From positions 3,811 to 67,810 of the forward strand of contig CALJVI010000051.1 in NCBI GenBank assembly GCA_937974575.1: a stretch of DNA of 64,000 bases. The letters run 5' to 3'. Under the pieces are notes generated by a model. It was not told the DNA's origin and did no database searches. It saw only the letters and a list, made by a program, of their open reading frames with translations. Position 1 is the first letter of the stretch. Every line of letters starts with the position of its first letter. Origin of the DNA: an uncultured Saprospiraceae bacterium. GTDB taxonomy: Bacteria > Bacteroidota > Bacteroidia > Chitinophagales > Saprospiraceae. Shown here piece by piece: positions 37,199 to 48,000 of the stretch. Position numbers and translations under genes: made by a program.

Positions 37199-40100
37199 TT
37201 AATTCTCTTTGTTGTTGATCAAAGTCACATTACCACGATAAGTCAATACTACGTCATCAATAAATTCGATACTAGCGACATAAAAGTACACTCCTGGATT
37301 GGCAGCTTTGCCTCTCATTTTACCATCCCATCCTCCAGCTTCAGAGCTACCAGAAACGAAGTTTTCCTTTTCGAAAACAATCTCTCCCCAGCGGTCATAT
37401 ATCGTGAATGCAAGAATTTGACTAACTCCTACCCCCGTGAATGGAGAAAAGAAATCATTAAACCCATCTACATTTGGGCTGAAAACGTTTGGAATATAAA
37501 CATTTCTATCACTGTCTACTTTGATAAAAATTTCATCTGAACCTACACATCCGTTTACATCGACGGCAAACAATTCGTAAAAGGAATCATCCAATGGACT
37601 GGCAGTAGGATTGGTACAATCATAACAGGTAAGTGTACTATCCCCTGGACTTTCTACCCAAAAGATACTATCTATATCGATTGATGACTGGATAGAACCA
37701 AAAATAAATGTACTGGATCCAAGGTTTATTTCTTGATCCACTCCTGCTTGCACTTGTAGTTCTGATGGTTCATTGGCAGTCACTTCATATGTTTCTCTAC
37801 AGCCTATACCATCAAAAACGGTAATGGTATACTCTCCAGCAAAAACTGGAATTTCACTATTTATCGGTACCGTAGGCCCTGCGTTTACAGTGTAGAAATA
37901 AGGTCCCCCATTTCCACCCGAAGCTCCGGTTACTTCAAGATTGGTCTGCTCTCCAAAACAAGGCGCTAAGGCAGGTACTGGAATTGTAGCATCTATCGGT
38001 ATAGGCTCTATAATGGTAGCCTGCGCCGTATCTGTACATCCGTTGGCATCTTCTACTGTAAGTACATAACTCCCTGCCGCTAAGGTTGTATTGGTAGAAA
38101 AGGTATCCAGACTACCAGAATCCCACTGATAAGAAACCGTACCTGTTCCACCTTCAAAGTCTGCTATCAACAAGCCATCAGCTTCACCATTACAACTTAT
38201 ATTTTGGACGTCTAATATGAATGCATCCAGTGAATCTGGTTGTGAAATTTGAGGGTTTGTAACCACTGCACAATCGTTTTCATCTCTGATAATAATATTG
38301 TAAGAGCCTGCACTCAAATCCGTCAATGTAGATCCATTCAGATTAGCAGCAGTCTCATAGGTAAACATGCCTGTACCTCCTGTTGCTGTCAATTCAATTT
38401 CTCCGTCTTCTGCTCCAAAACAAGAAACATTGGTAATACCTACATCCACTGATATTTCAGCTGGTTCAGGAATGGTCAGAAAAGTATCCAAGACACAATC
38501 TCCAGACGTAAGCCTAAAGTCTTGCAATCCACCCATTAAGTTCATTGAAGTAAGCCCATTTTCTCCTGAAGCCCATAAATAATTGTATACCGGTCCTGTT
38601 CCGTTAAAAGCAGTCACTGTTGCCGAGCCATTAAAAGGCGGCTGCCCAAAACAGGGTACTCCAGTTATTGCAGAAAACTCTACGCTAAGCGGTGGTGGAT
38701 TTTCTATGGTCAACTGCACTACTTCAGACTCACATCCATTTGCATCAATGACAAACACATCATAGACTCCAGGTACTCTTCCACCTATCACATTCATGGT
38801 AAAAATTTCACCATTTACATTAAATGTATAAGGAGAAACTCCTCCTAGAACACTTAGATTCAAAGCCCCAAAAGTATCCGATCCCCCATCATGACATGCA
38901 GGTGGATCCGTAGATGTATTAACTAAATCAATCTCTAAGGCCGCAGCTGGTCCAAGTGTCACCATCATACTGCTAGAGCAGTTATCTACAGCAATAACTG
39001 TCACGGTATAATCACCAGGATCGAGACCAGTAATCGTAGCACCAGTTTGCGTACCTCCACCAGGAATAATCCACTCCACTCTATCTACAGCAGAACTTCC
39101 ATCCATGAAATTTACCGTCAAACTTCCATCCATAATACCTGGACATGAAATACTGACAGAATCAAAACCGATAATTTGAGGAGGTTCTGGTGCAGTGATC
39201 ATTTCTGTGTCTGTACCAGGACAGTCATTGGCATCTCTTACTATGACTGTATAGTTTCCTTGTCCTAAGCCTGTAATAAGACTATCCGTAGAAGAATTCA
39301 TATCATCCCATATAAAGCTATATCCTCCTACCCCTCCAGTAGTCACTGCAGCTGCCGTGCCATCCATACCCCCAGTATCACAGGTTTCGTTGGTTACTGC
39401 AATATCTACTTCGATTGCAGCAGGCTGCGTCAAAAATATACTTTGCAAAACAGAACATCCAGAACTGACCTCAGTGACCATGAGATCATAGCTGCCTGCT
39501 CCTACATTCATAAGGATAGGGCCTACAGACTGTCCTGTAATCCCAGGTCCAGTCCAAATAAAGCTAAAATCTGTAGTTGTATTAGATTGCTCCACAGCAT
39601 TCAATATCGGAAAGGCTTCGATGTTTCCATTGGATTGACCATTGCATAATGGTTCTTCAATTTCAAAACGAGCGCTCAGGCTAGGTCCTCCATTGATGAC
39701 AGTAACACTTGCGCTACCAACTAAAGAAGGTACACTATTGTCCGTTATTGCTATACAATACTCTCCCGGATTTAAGGAGTTGACGACAACCGCGTTCCCT
39801 GCTGGTTCTGGGCCTAAAATAATATCTCCATTGTTGCAATCCGTAATCAACAAGCTGTATGGCAGCTCCCCTCCTAAAATACTTAATGATATTGCTCCAT
39901 CCAATGAGCTCTGACAAGTAGAAGCTGTAGGAGTTGCGGTCACAGTAATCGCACCTAGTATATCACCCACAATGACATCAGCTCCTACCACACATAAATC
40001 GGGTTGGCCAAATACGCCAGCAGGTGTATTGATCTGAGGAGAATTTCCATTGGCCAAATCAGTTATTGCCAATGAAGAAAGATCCCCATTTGCACCAAGA

Positions 40101-40489
40101 CTTTCAAAACAAAGAGAAAATGCAATAGTACCATCTGTCAAGGTCACCCCCGTTCCAAAATGAGCAAAGCCAACGGTAATGATTTCCATGCCGCCCGCAT
40201 TGGTTGCCACCCCTGCGAAAAATTCATTTGGATCTAGAGCTGTACTTTGTCCTCCATCAAATCTAAAAATAGAGCTATCAAAAGAAAATCCTAATTGGAA
40301 TGCTAAAACGTCTTCAAATCCTTCAATAACAATATCTACACATCCGATCTCTCCCTCTGGAATAAGCGTTTGTGAAAGTGTGAATTTAAAAGGTGGGCCG
40401 ACTGCAGTCTCTGCACTGATTACCGGATGGACAATCAATAGCAATATGCTACACAGTAAAAACACAATACGAGTACAACTATCCTTCAT
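37199..40489 (-). CDS. SprB-repeat cell-surface protein with T9SS type B C-terminal domain
   Basis: 1096 aa with a signal peptide. Cohesin-like N-terminal module, about 9 Cys-bounded SprB-type repeats (for example CNGEADGLLIADFEGGTGTVSYQW...YVLTVEDANGC). C-terminus PNVFSPNVDGFNDFF...IYDRWGEIVF...GVYFYV. Confidence 0.85.
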   Translation of the reverse strand: MKDSCTRIVFLLCSILLLIVHPVISAETAVGPPFKFTLSQTLIPEGEIGCVDIVIEGFEDVLAFQLGFSFDSSIFRFDGGQSTALDPNEFFAGVATNAGGMEIITVGFAHFGTGVTLTDGTIAFSLCFESLGANGDLSSLAITDLANGNSPQINTPAGVFGQPDLCVVGADVIVGDILGAITVTATPTASTCQSSLDGAISLSILGGELPYSLLITDCNNGDIILGPEPAGNAVVVNSLNPGEYCIAITDNSVPSLVGSASVTVINGGPSLSARFEIEEPLCNGQSNGNIEAFPILNAVEQSNTTTDFSFIWTGPGITGQSVGPILMNVGAGSYDLMVTEVSSGCSVLQSIFLTQPAAIEVDIAVTNETCDTGGMDGTAAAVTTGGVGGYSFIWDDMNSSTDSLITGLGQGNYTVIVRDANDCPGTDTEMITAPEPPQIIGFDSVSISCPGIMDGSLTVNFMDGSSAVDRVEWIIPGGGTQTGATITGLDPGDYTVTVIAVDNCSSSMMVTLGPAAALEIDLVNTSTDPPACHDGGSDTFGALNLSVLGGVSPYTFNVNGEIFTMNVIGGRVPGVYDVFVIDANGCESEVVQLTIENPPPLSVEFSAITGVPCFGQPPFNGSATVTAFNGTGPVYNYLWASGENGLTSMNLMGGLQDFRLTSGDCVLDTFLTIPEPAEISVDVGITNVSCFGAEDGEIELTATGGTGMFTYETAANLNGSTLTDLSAGSYNIIIRDENDCAVVTNPQISQPDSLDAFILDVQNISCNGEADGLLIADFEGGTGTVSYQWDSGSLDTFSTNTTLAAGSYVLTVEDANGCTDTAQATIIEPIPIDATIPVPALAPCFGEQTNLEVTGASGGNGGPYFYTVNAGPTVPINSEIPVFAGEYTITVFDGIGCRETYEVTANEPSELQVQAGVDQEINLGSSTFIFGSIQSSIDIDSIFWVESPGDSTLTCYDCTNPTASPLDDSFYELFAVDVNGCVGSDEIFIKVDSDRNVYIPNVFSPNVDGFNDFFSPFTGVGVSQILAFTIYDRWGEIVFEKENFVSGSSEAGGWDGKMRGKAANPGVYFYVASIEFIDDVVLTYRGNVTLINNKEN

Positions 40490-40895
40490 AAAAAATGATT
40501 GTCTGGTCTAGAGCAGGGTTAAAAATGTAAGTGCTATTAACAGTATAGATTGAATAATCTAAAACGGCTAAAATAGCGAGTATATTGCCAAAACACGGCT
40601 TATACTGCTACTGTTTTAGAACGCCACCTACTTTTTGATGTCATGAATCAAATTTAGTGTCAAAATACTCCGTATAAACTAAGTTATACCTGGTTTTTTC
40701 GCCTTGAACTTGATAAATTTCATTCAAAAACTGAAGTGACATTTTAAAGCAGCATTGGTAATGATTATCTGCTAAGACACGTGCTCAAATTTAGGGATTT
40801 AATCCCAATTTTAGTGTTATTTGGGCTTGGATTCGACTTTCTGATCTTCAAGCAGGTATGAACTAGCTCTACAAATGGCAAATTCTACACATATT

Positions 40896-41363
40896 TTAGA
40901 ATTTCGGCTTGATAATATTGACAAATTTGGAAAGGAAACTGATGGTTTTAACACTTCTATTGATCTTTTTCTCCAACTTTGGCAACAGATGAATCATATC
41001 TTTGGCGTATGATTTTGTAGCCAATTTGGCAATCATCAGGAGCTGATCCACTTCCCCCATATTTCCTTGCCATTCTTCTACTGAGGCCATGATGGTATCT
41101 ATTTCCTTCCTATTTACTTTTGCAAATTGGTCAAAGTGCTTGACCGAATTTTTAGGATTTACATAGCCAAGTGACTCGTTGATTACTTGCACGAATGAGG
41201 CACCTAGCGCATCCATCTTAGCTTCTGGGCTCATCGTTTTGCTAAATGCAGCCTCACTTAGGACACTATTGTGCACTTTCATCAATTTATTCATTCGCAT
41301 GCTTCCACAAGACTGTAAAGAGATCAAAGCAGCAAGTAGCAAGAAAGTGTAGCGGAATTTCAT
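40896..41363 (-). CDS. hypothetical helical lipoprotein
   Basis: Lipoprotein signal LISLQSCG. I placed the start at the internal ATG giving MKFRYTFLLLAAL; the track ORF extends to 41381. No family recognised. Confidence 0.6.
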   Translation of the reverse strand: MKFRYTFLLLAALISLQSCGSMRMNKLMKVHNSVLSEAAFSKTMSPEAKMDALGASFVQVINESLGYVNPKNSVKHFDQFAKVNRKEIDTIMASVEEWQGNMGEVDQLLMIAKLATKSYAKDMIHLLPKLEKKINRSVKTISFLSKFVNIIKPKF

Positions 41364-41410
41364 ATTATTATTTTTCACCAAATTTAATGAAAATAAAATT
41401 GTTGTGATTA

Positions 41411-41610
41411 TTTATTTGGGTATTCCCCAGATAGTAGAAGTAGCCTCCTAAGGTCGACTACTTCTACTATCTGCGTCGGGCTATCCAAGACTCCGTATAC
41501 ACTCGGTCCTAGGATGCTGGCACGCCCACTATCCCAGGCAAGCATCCTACGACTGCTGCGCCCATTTCCTACCGTTCATGGGCTTGCCTCTTTCCTATCC
41601 CTAATACGAC
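41411..41610 (+). repeat. G+C-rich structured intergenic element, copy 6
   Basis: Starts TTATTTGGGTATTCCCC. A perfect 16-bp stem pairs 41427-41442 with 41457-41472 and has a CCTCCTAAGGTCGA loop. It is followed by CGTCGGGCTATCC, ACTCCG, the hairpin TAGGATGCT..AGCATCCTA, and TTCCTACCGTTCATG (compare TTCCTACCGCTCACG in copy 1). Confidence 0.8.
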
Positions 41611-41627
41611 GAACTTACCCATAAAAT

Positions 41628-41808
41628 AGACCTCAAGCCCTGCGATAGGGATATGGAAGGGGCGACTGATAAGGAGCAGTGTCGCTGGAGGAACGGAAGC
41701 GATACCGAGTGAATAACGAGCCTGGAGGAGCCCGGCCCATGAATAGAAAAGAGGTTTGCATTTTTCTATGCAAACCTCTTTTCTATTCATGGGAATCGCC
41801 CAAAAAAA
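41628..41808 (-). repeat. G+C-rich structured intergenic element, copy 7 (convergent with copy 6)
   Basis: The reverse complement starts TTTTTTGGGCGATTCCC. A perfect 24-bp inverted repeat pairs 41737-41760 with 41767-41790 (26 bp with the flanking CC/GG) around a 6-nt loop, followed by GCCGGGCTCCTCC. Confidence 0.85.
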
Positions 41809-41824
41809 TATAACTAATAAGCGT

Positions 41825-42766
41825 CTAATTGTAAAAACGATATGCTACATAAAATTCATACCCCAAGCCTATGCTTGACCCTAGTTTGCCCAGATTGTAT
41901 GTTGCTAGACCGCCGATGCGCATTTGGCCATCTTCAAAAATCCCATCTGTAAGAATCACACCTCCTTGGACTGAAAAATTTTGGGACACACTGAAATTCG
42001 CTGCTGCCCAAAAAGTATCCTCTTGCTCCATACGAAAGCCTGCGTTGAGTTCATAAATATTCTCTCCAGCATAATTCAACCAAACACTGGGTTCAATATA
42101 GGTATTTGCATTCATCAAAAGCGTGACACCCATGATCGCATTGGCATGCGGCGCTCGCAAGAAATTGACGTCTTGGTCTGTGCCATCAAACTTTAAGTCT
42201 GAAGAAAAAAGTTGCTGCACTCCTACACCGAGGTATATGGTATTGCTATCAAATTTATCTTTATTGGTCGTATAAAAAATACCAGCACCGGCATTTGGAA
42301 TAATCTTGCTCGCTCCATCCACAGGCATTAATGGATCTTGCTCTAGACTAGTCAATATATTCTTGGTATCAACTCGGTATTCTCCATAAGTCCCCAAAAG
42401 TCCGATGGATAAAAAGTCCTCTCTCGTAATGTTTAACTTGAATTGGTAATTATAAGTAAAGCCAATAGCATTGAACAATAAAGGGTGCGTCTTATCGTGC
42501 ATCATGTACATCCCCATGCTCATATTTTTATCTACAAAGGGATATTGAAAAGAAGCCATCAAGGTACGTGGTGCATCATCAAAACCAACCCACTGTTGCT
42601 TATAGGTCGCTCCTAGTTCCCAATAATTATGGATACTGGTCATAGCCGGATTCCAGATAAAAGCGTTCGCATCATAAGTACTGCGCTCTGGCAATTGCTG
42701 TGCAAATCCAGTGCAGATAAAACTTGTAAAAAATAAAACACCAAGGTAAATCTTAATCGTATTCAT
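41825..42766 (-). CDS. PorP/SprF family T9SS membrane protein
   Basis: 313 aa with a signal peptide. QQLPERSTYDANAFIWNPAMTS resembles the family's N-terminal Q-x-P-x-(F/Y)S-x-Y...NPA motif. Beta-barrel-like alternating pattern. Immediately downstream of a type B CTD cargo gene. Confidence 0.8.
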   Translation of the reverse strand: MNTIKIYLGVLFFTSFICTGFAQQLPERSTYDANAFIWNPAMTSIHNYWELGATYKQQWVGFDDAPRTLMASFQYPFVDKNMSMGMYMMHDKTHPLLFNAIGFTYNYQFKLNITREDFLSIGLLGTYGEYRVDTKNILTSLEQDPLMPVDGASKIIPNAGAGIFYTTNKDKFDSNTIYLGVGVQQLFSSDLKFDGTDQDVNFLRAPHANAIMGVTLLMNANTYIEPSVWLNYAGENIYELNAGFRMEQEDTFWAAANFSVSQNFSVQGGVILTDGIFEDGQMRIGGLATYNLGKLGSSIGLGYEFYVAYRFYN

Positions 42767-42933
42767 ATCTTGTATTTAGATTTTTTTGATGTCTACTAAA
42801 ACCAGCTCGTAATCAAATACGAACTGGCTTCTTAGTAAACATAAACACATAGTCGTTGTAACACAACTATTTCAGTAAGTCTCTTTGGAGCCATTTTTCC
42901 ACTACAATTGGTAGTAAAAAAAGCACTCCTATT

Positions 42934-44862
42934 TTATTCTCGTACGATAGTAAGTGTCTGCTTTATCTGCTTATCATTGATAAAGGATAAGACATAGTAA
43001 TAATTACCTGCGGGCAATGGCTTCCCATTATACACACCGCCAAACCGTTCTTGATCTCTTTGGTAATTTATTTTTTCATAAACTACTTTGCCCCATCGAT
43101 TGAATATTCTAAAAGTATTGGTTCCAAACTTGGTGATATCTCCAAAATCTAAAACATCATTTTGCCCATCTCCATTGGGGCTAATCAAATTGATATGCGG
43201 AATAAAAGAGGCAGGATCATCAGCCACAAAAACAATCACTGTATCAAAAGTAGTACACTGATTTTGGTCAATAATCATCACAAAATACTGCGTGCTGTCC
43301 TCTGGCGTCACCGAAGGATTTGGTATATCATAAGCACTCAAAGGGTACTCACTGCCTGACCAATAATAAAATTCGCCACCACTAGCTCCTAGTCTTGTAG
43401 ATTCACCAACAGGTACACACATGTTGGCACCGGCAGTAGCCTCAATGCGGTGAAGCGCGACGGGAATTTCAATCTCGTCGGCTCCACACTCCCCTTCCGA
43501 AATAACGGTATAAGTTGTGTTTTCATTTGGATGGACTAAAGCAGTTCCACCCTGGGCATCCGTCAATTCATTGGTAGGGTCTATCCATTCGTAATCTACA
43601 CCTCCTGATACATGGAGCACGATAGAATCTCCTGGACAGATGATAATATTTTCTTGAGCAACTTGTAGCTGTATGTCTTCTATATAGTTGATCGAGATGG
43701 TATCCGTTGCTACACAACCCGCTTGGTTGGTAACTGTCACGGCATATAAACCAGAATCTTCAATGCTAATATTTTGTTCTGTGGAACCTTGAGACCATTC
43801 ATAAGAAGAGAATTGTCCAGCCTCCAAATTTACGGTTTGCCCAAGGCAAGCTTCGATATCTTGGCCTAGACTAAAGCTAAAGGAATCCAACTGGGCTATA
43901 TTAAACTCTGCTGTCAGGCTGCATCCATTATTATCTGTGATGGTAAGTGGATAGTTTCCTGTACTTAGTGCTTGGATAGCACCACTCGTAAATTGTGCTT
44001 TATCATTCAAGGCAAAAATATATGGAGGAGTACCGCCCTGGACATCTATCTGCGCACTTCCTGAAGCTTCCGCACAATCAGAAGCTGTAGTTAAAATTTC
44101 ATTAATTGTCAAAGAAGATAAGGGTTGTGCAATCAAGTAAGTGGATTCGTGCAAAACTGTACCGATACTATCTGACACGGTTAGCGTGTATTCACCGGCA
44201 AGTAAGTTTTCCAAATTTTGCAGATCGCTTACAAAGCCTCCAGGGCCAGCCCAGCTATATATCACACTGGATTGATTGGCCTCTATTTGAATTGATCCAG
44301 AAGCATCATCGGCGCATGCCACATCGCTTACATTGGAAGATGTAATTTCAAAATTGCTTTGTGGTATATCCTTGTCTACGATTTCGACTGATCCATTCTC
44401 AATGACTAATCCAATAGAATCAAATACTAAAGGAACAGTTGTAGCTTTAAATATTTGTATAGGTAATGAATCTCCATTGATTTGCACAGGGCTCATGTCT
44501 CCTATCTCGCCTACCGCAGTAAAGTGAAGTCTCAAAAATACTTGGCCATCGTTCAATTTTTTTCCTTCCCCGTCTATATCAAACCAACTTATATTGAGGT
44601 TGCCATCATCTGAAGACTGCTCCCCTACGGCCACCAAATCAAGGTCAAGTGTTTCAGAATTATCAAAATTAATAATGGCTGGGTCCCAGCTCACAGAAAA
44701 CTGTGCACTCACTATACTGTCAAAATCTAAGGTGAGAATATCGAGCACTACTTCCTCTTGTTCATAAGCTAGCTTATGTGGGATACTCAAAGTGAGATCT
44801 TGTCCTAGCGTAATATGTAAGGCAACAAAGAAGCAGCAGACTGACAATAGAATGGCCTTCAT
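42934..44862 (-). CDS. cohesin-like / SprB-repeat protein with T9SS type B C-terminal domain
   Basis: 642 aa with a signal peptide. N-terminal cohesin-like module (FSVSWDPAIINF...NISWFDIDGEGKKLNDGQVFLRLHFTAVG), 2 SprB-type repeats and Ig-like segments. C-terminus ISPNGDGQNDVL...IFNRWGKVVY...GNYYYVL...LTIVRE. Confidence 0.85.
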   Translation of the reverse strand: MKAILLSVCCFFVALHITLGQDLTLSIPHKLAYEQEEVVLDILTLDFDSIVSAQFSVSWDPAIINFDNSETLDLDLVAVGEQSSDDGNLNISWFDIDGEGKKLNDGQVFLRLHFTAVGEIGDMSPVQINGDSLPIQIFKATTVPLVFDSIGLVIENGSVEIVDKDIPQSNFEITSSNVSDVACADDASGSIQIEANQSSVIYSWAGPGGFVSDLQNLENLLAGEYTLTVSDSIGTVLHESTYLIAQPLSSLTINEILTTASDCAEASGSAQIDVQGGTPPYIFALNDKAQFTSGAIQALSTGNYPLTITDNNGCSLTAEFNIAQLDSFSFSLGQDIEACLGQTVNLEAGQFSSYEWSQGSTEQNISIEDSGLYAVTVTNQAGCVATDTISINYIEDIQLQVAQENIIICPGDSIVLHVSGGVDYEWIDPTNELTDAQGGTALVHPNENTTYTVISEGECGADEIEIPVALHRIEATAGANMCVPVGESTRLGASGGEFYYWSGSEYPLSAYDIPNPSVTPEDSTQYFVMIIDQNQCTTFDTVIVFVADDPASFIPHINLISPNGDGQNDVLDFGDITKFGTNTFRIFNRWGKVVYEKINYQRDQERFGGVYNGKPLPAGNYYYVLSFINDKQIKQTLTIVRE

Positions 44863-45034
44863 TATGTGTTACGTTTATGTCGACGTTCTGAGCCCCTTCA
44901 TTAAAAATGAAAACGATTCAAGCCAACTGTGTTTACAATGTGTTTACTAATAGGTTTTTTTTACGCTTAACAAAAAGCATAGGTCCAGGGTGCAGAAAAA
45001 CCAAAAAAACTACACCCTGAAACAAATACTTTAT

Positions 45035-48000
45035 TTATTTTAAGGATATCATACTCTTTGTAATACTTAAATCCTGTGCTGTAAGGGTGTAATGAAAGAC
45101 ACCTGTACCCAACTCATTTTGACTCAAAGTAATCAGGTTCTCCCCTTCATTAAATACTTGTGAGATTACCTTAACTGTCTCTCCAAGTACATTTGTGATT
45201 GTCAAATCAGCTTGCATAGATCTTGGAAGTGTAAATTCAATCTGAGTGAAACCTGTAAATGGATTTGGTGTATTTTGCTTAAGTTCAAATTGACTACCTA
45301 CCAAATCATTGTTTACTGAAGTAAGCGGAGTATCACTTACATTAAGCACCACCTCTAGCTGCTGTAGGGCTTCATTATGTGCTTCTGTACGGATAGATTT
45401 ATTGCTTAAGGATACGTAATCTAAAATATTTTCAATATCCTCCGTAGCTTTAAACCTAAGTGTAAATAACTTCTCATCCGCATCTACTGATAAGCCCTGC
45501 CCGTCCAAGCTAAACCAACTGGCTCTAAGAGAACCTGTATCCGCATCTGCATCTCCCAAGGCTAAACCTAACAAGTCCTCATGATCAGACTTCTCTACTT
45601 CTTCAAAACTCATCATAGCCTGATCAAAAGAAAGTCCTAATTGATAACTAACAATCTCATCAAAGTTGTTGCTAGAGAAGTTCAACTCAAATGTTTCTCC
45701 CTTGTTAACGGATACTTCGTTAATATATAGATCAAGGATACCTTCTGCTTTGCTAAGATCCTCATCAGCAAAGTTGCTAGGATTAGCATGACCCAATATA
45801 TCTCCTACTTTCACCCCAACGAAGTTGGACACTTCGTCACTCATGACCATTACTTGATCTGAGCTGTTGTATGGGAAAACATTGTAAGCGTCAAAGTCTG
45901 CTGGCATCTGATCATTCTCCTGAACAAAAGTCCAAGAAGGACAGAAGTCCAAGCCTTCAGCAGTCCCAATGATCAATTGCTGTAAGATGAATAAATCTAT
46001 TGTTGTAAATGAATTACTACAGTTTGCATCACCAGCAATAACCTGGTAAGGAGAAACTATTTCAATTGGATCTAATCCTAGTATAAATCGTTGACCGACG
46101 AAAAGTGCATATGATGACAATCCGTTTTGATCGTTGAAATCACGCTCTGGTAATACAGAGTACATCTCACCCATAGGTAAATCTGGCTCCATGAAGTAAC
46201 CATCGCTATCAGTCATCTGTGTATTTTGAAGGTTATCACTAAGAATAGTAATCTGGGTATTTTCTATACCCTCTCCCCAATATGTTTTTACGTTTCCAGA
46301 AATTCTTGCCGAAGAAGAAATACTCACTATTCCTTTTAATTCAATAGAAGGTAAAACGGTAGCTAGCCCCGCAACCATGGATCCAACCTCTACCTGGAGA
46401 GGACTATCTGTGATATGAATAGTAGTTGACTCGTTGGCTTCTCCTGTCAATGTAACATCGATATAGAATAAAATATCTCCATCTGCTACACTTACTCCAT
46501 TCCCATTATTGTTTACATAATTGAAAGTAGAACTTGCAGAAATGTAATTAGGACTAATCACGCCTGGACTGATTCCATCAATAGTGCATAGTGCATCATT
46601 TGCTACTTCTAGTGATCCAGCTAATGTAACTATGGTTTCACAATTGGCAATCGTTACGGGTATGCTAATGCTGCTTCCTGTAGCTCCTGCTCCATTCTGT
46701 ACATCCAAGATCACTACATCTGTAGGCAAGCTAACAGTTACATCATTGCAGATAGTATTTGCTCCACAAGTATTAGTCACCGTAAGACATACGGTATAGG
46801 TACCTGCATCACAATATTCATGACTTGGGTTTGTAGCTGCTGAAGTAGACCCATCACCAAAGTCCCAAGAATATAATCCTGATGAAGCACTATTGGTAAA
46901 GGTTGTCGTCAATGCATTACTTGTTGATGTAAAGCTTCCTGTAGGCGCACCTGCCGAATTGTTTACAGTAGTCGTAAATATCTGAGGACAAGCATTCGCA
47001 TCTGAAACCGTGATATCATATGTTCCACTTGGTAGATCGTCTATACTAATTGCATTGTTATTAAAAGTTGCATTGTTAGATACAGGGCCTGACCAAAAGA
47101 TGCTGTAATTGGATGCACCACTTATCACTTCGACACTTATGCTACCGTCATCATTTCCACACGATCCATTATTGGTGGATGTAATGATTTCAAAAGCACC
47201 ACTACCTCCAATATTTGCAGAGCCAATTGTTGAATTATTCTGAGCATCAGTAACCGTTACAGTATAGTTGCCCATTCCTAAATTTAAGATATTGTATATT
47301 CCTGCAGAGGTAACATCTGTTCCACTCGCTGCACCAGACCATGTGATGGTATATGGTGCTACTCCATTATTCAGATTTAAGAATAAGTTTCCTGGATTAC
47401 CACATGTCATATCAGTAGGTGTGACATTTATTGCAAAGGAACTACCACCTGATCCAGTACCTGTGCCTGTACCTGAATTGGTCAAGACAAAAGTTTGGGT
47501 AGAAGAGCATCCATCTTTGTCATCAACAGAAATTGTATATGTACCTTCCGTCAAGCTTGTAATATTAAAGAACTGACCCGTCACAGTTACCGTACCGCTT
47601 GTTGGTCCAGTCCATGATACTGTATGATCAGGATTGTTGGTCACAATCTCTATCAATACACTTCCGTCATTGGTATTTGTTGGTTGCGAAACCGTACCCG
47701 CAAATACAGTAGGCGCTCCATTTTCTAATACTTCTATAGTTTGCGAAGCAGAACAAGCATTTGCATCTGTAATGGTTGCCGTATATGTTCCGACAGGTAA
47801 ATTTGATATATCATTAATTACATTGCTTGCTGAATATGACCCTGACTGAACACCTGTCCACTCTACTAGGTATGGTGGTGTCCCTGAGTTGACAGTAATC
47901 CAAATGGATCCAAGAACATCACAATAAGCATTTGTCACGGAGATATTTGCATCAAAGTTGCCATTATCATTCGTAATAGTAACTGTTGTAACAGCATTAC

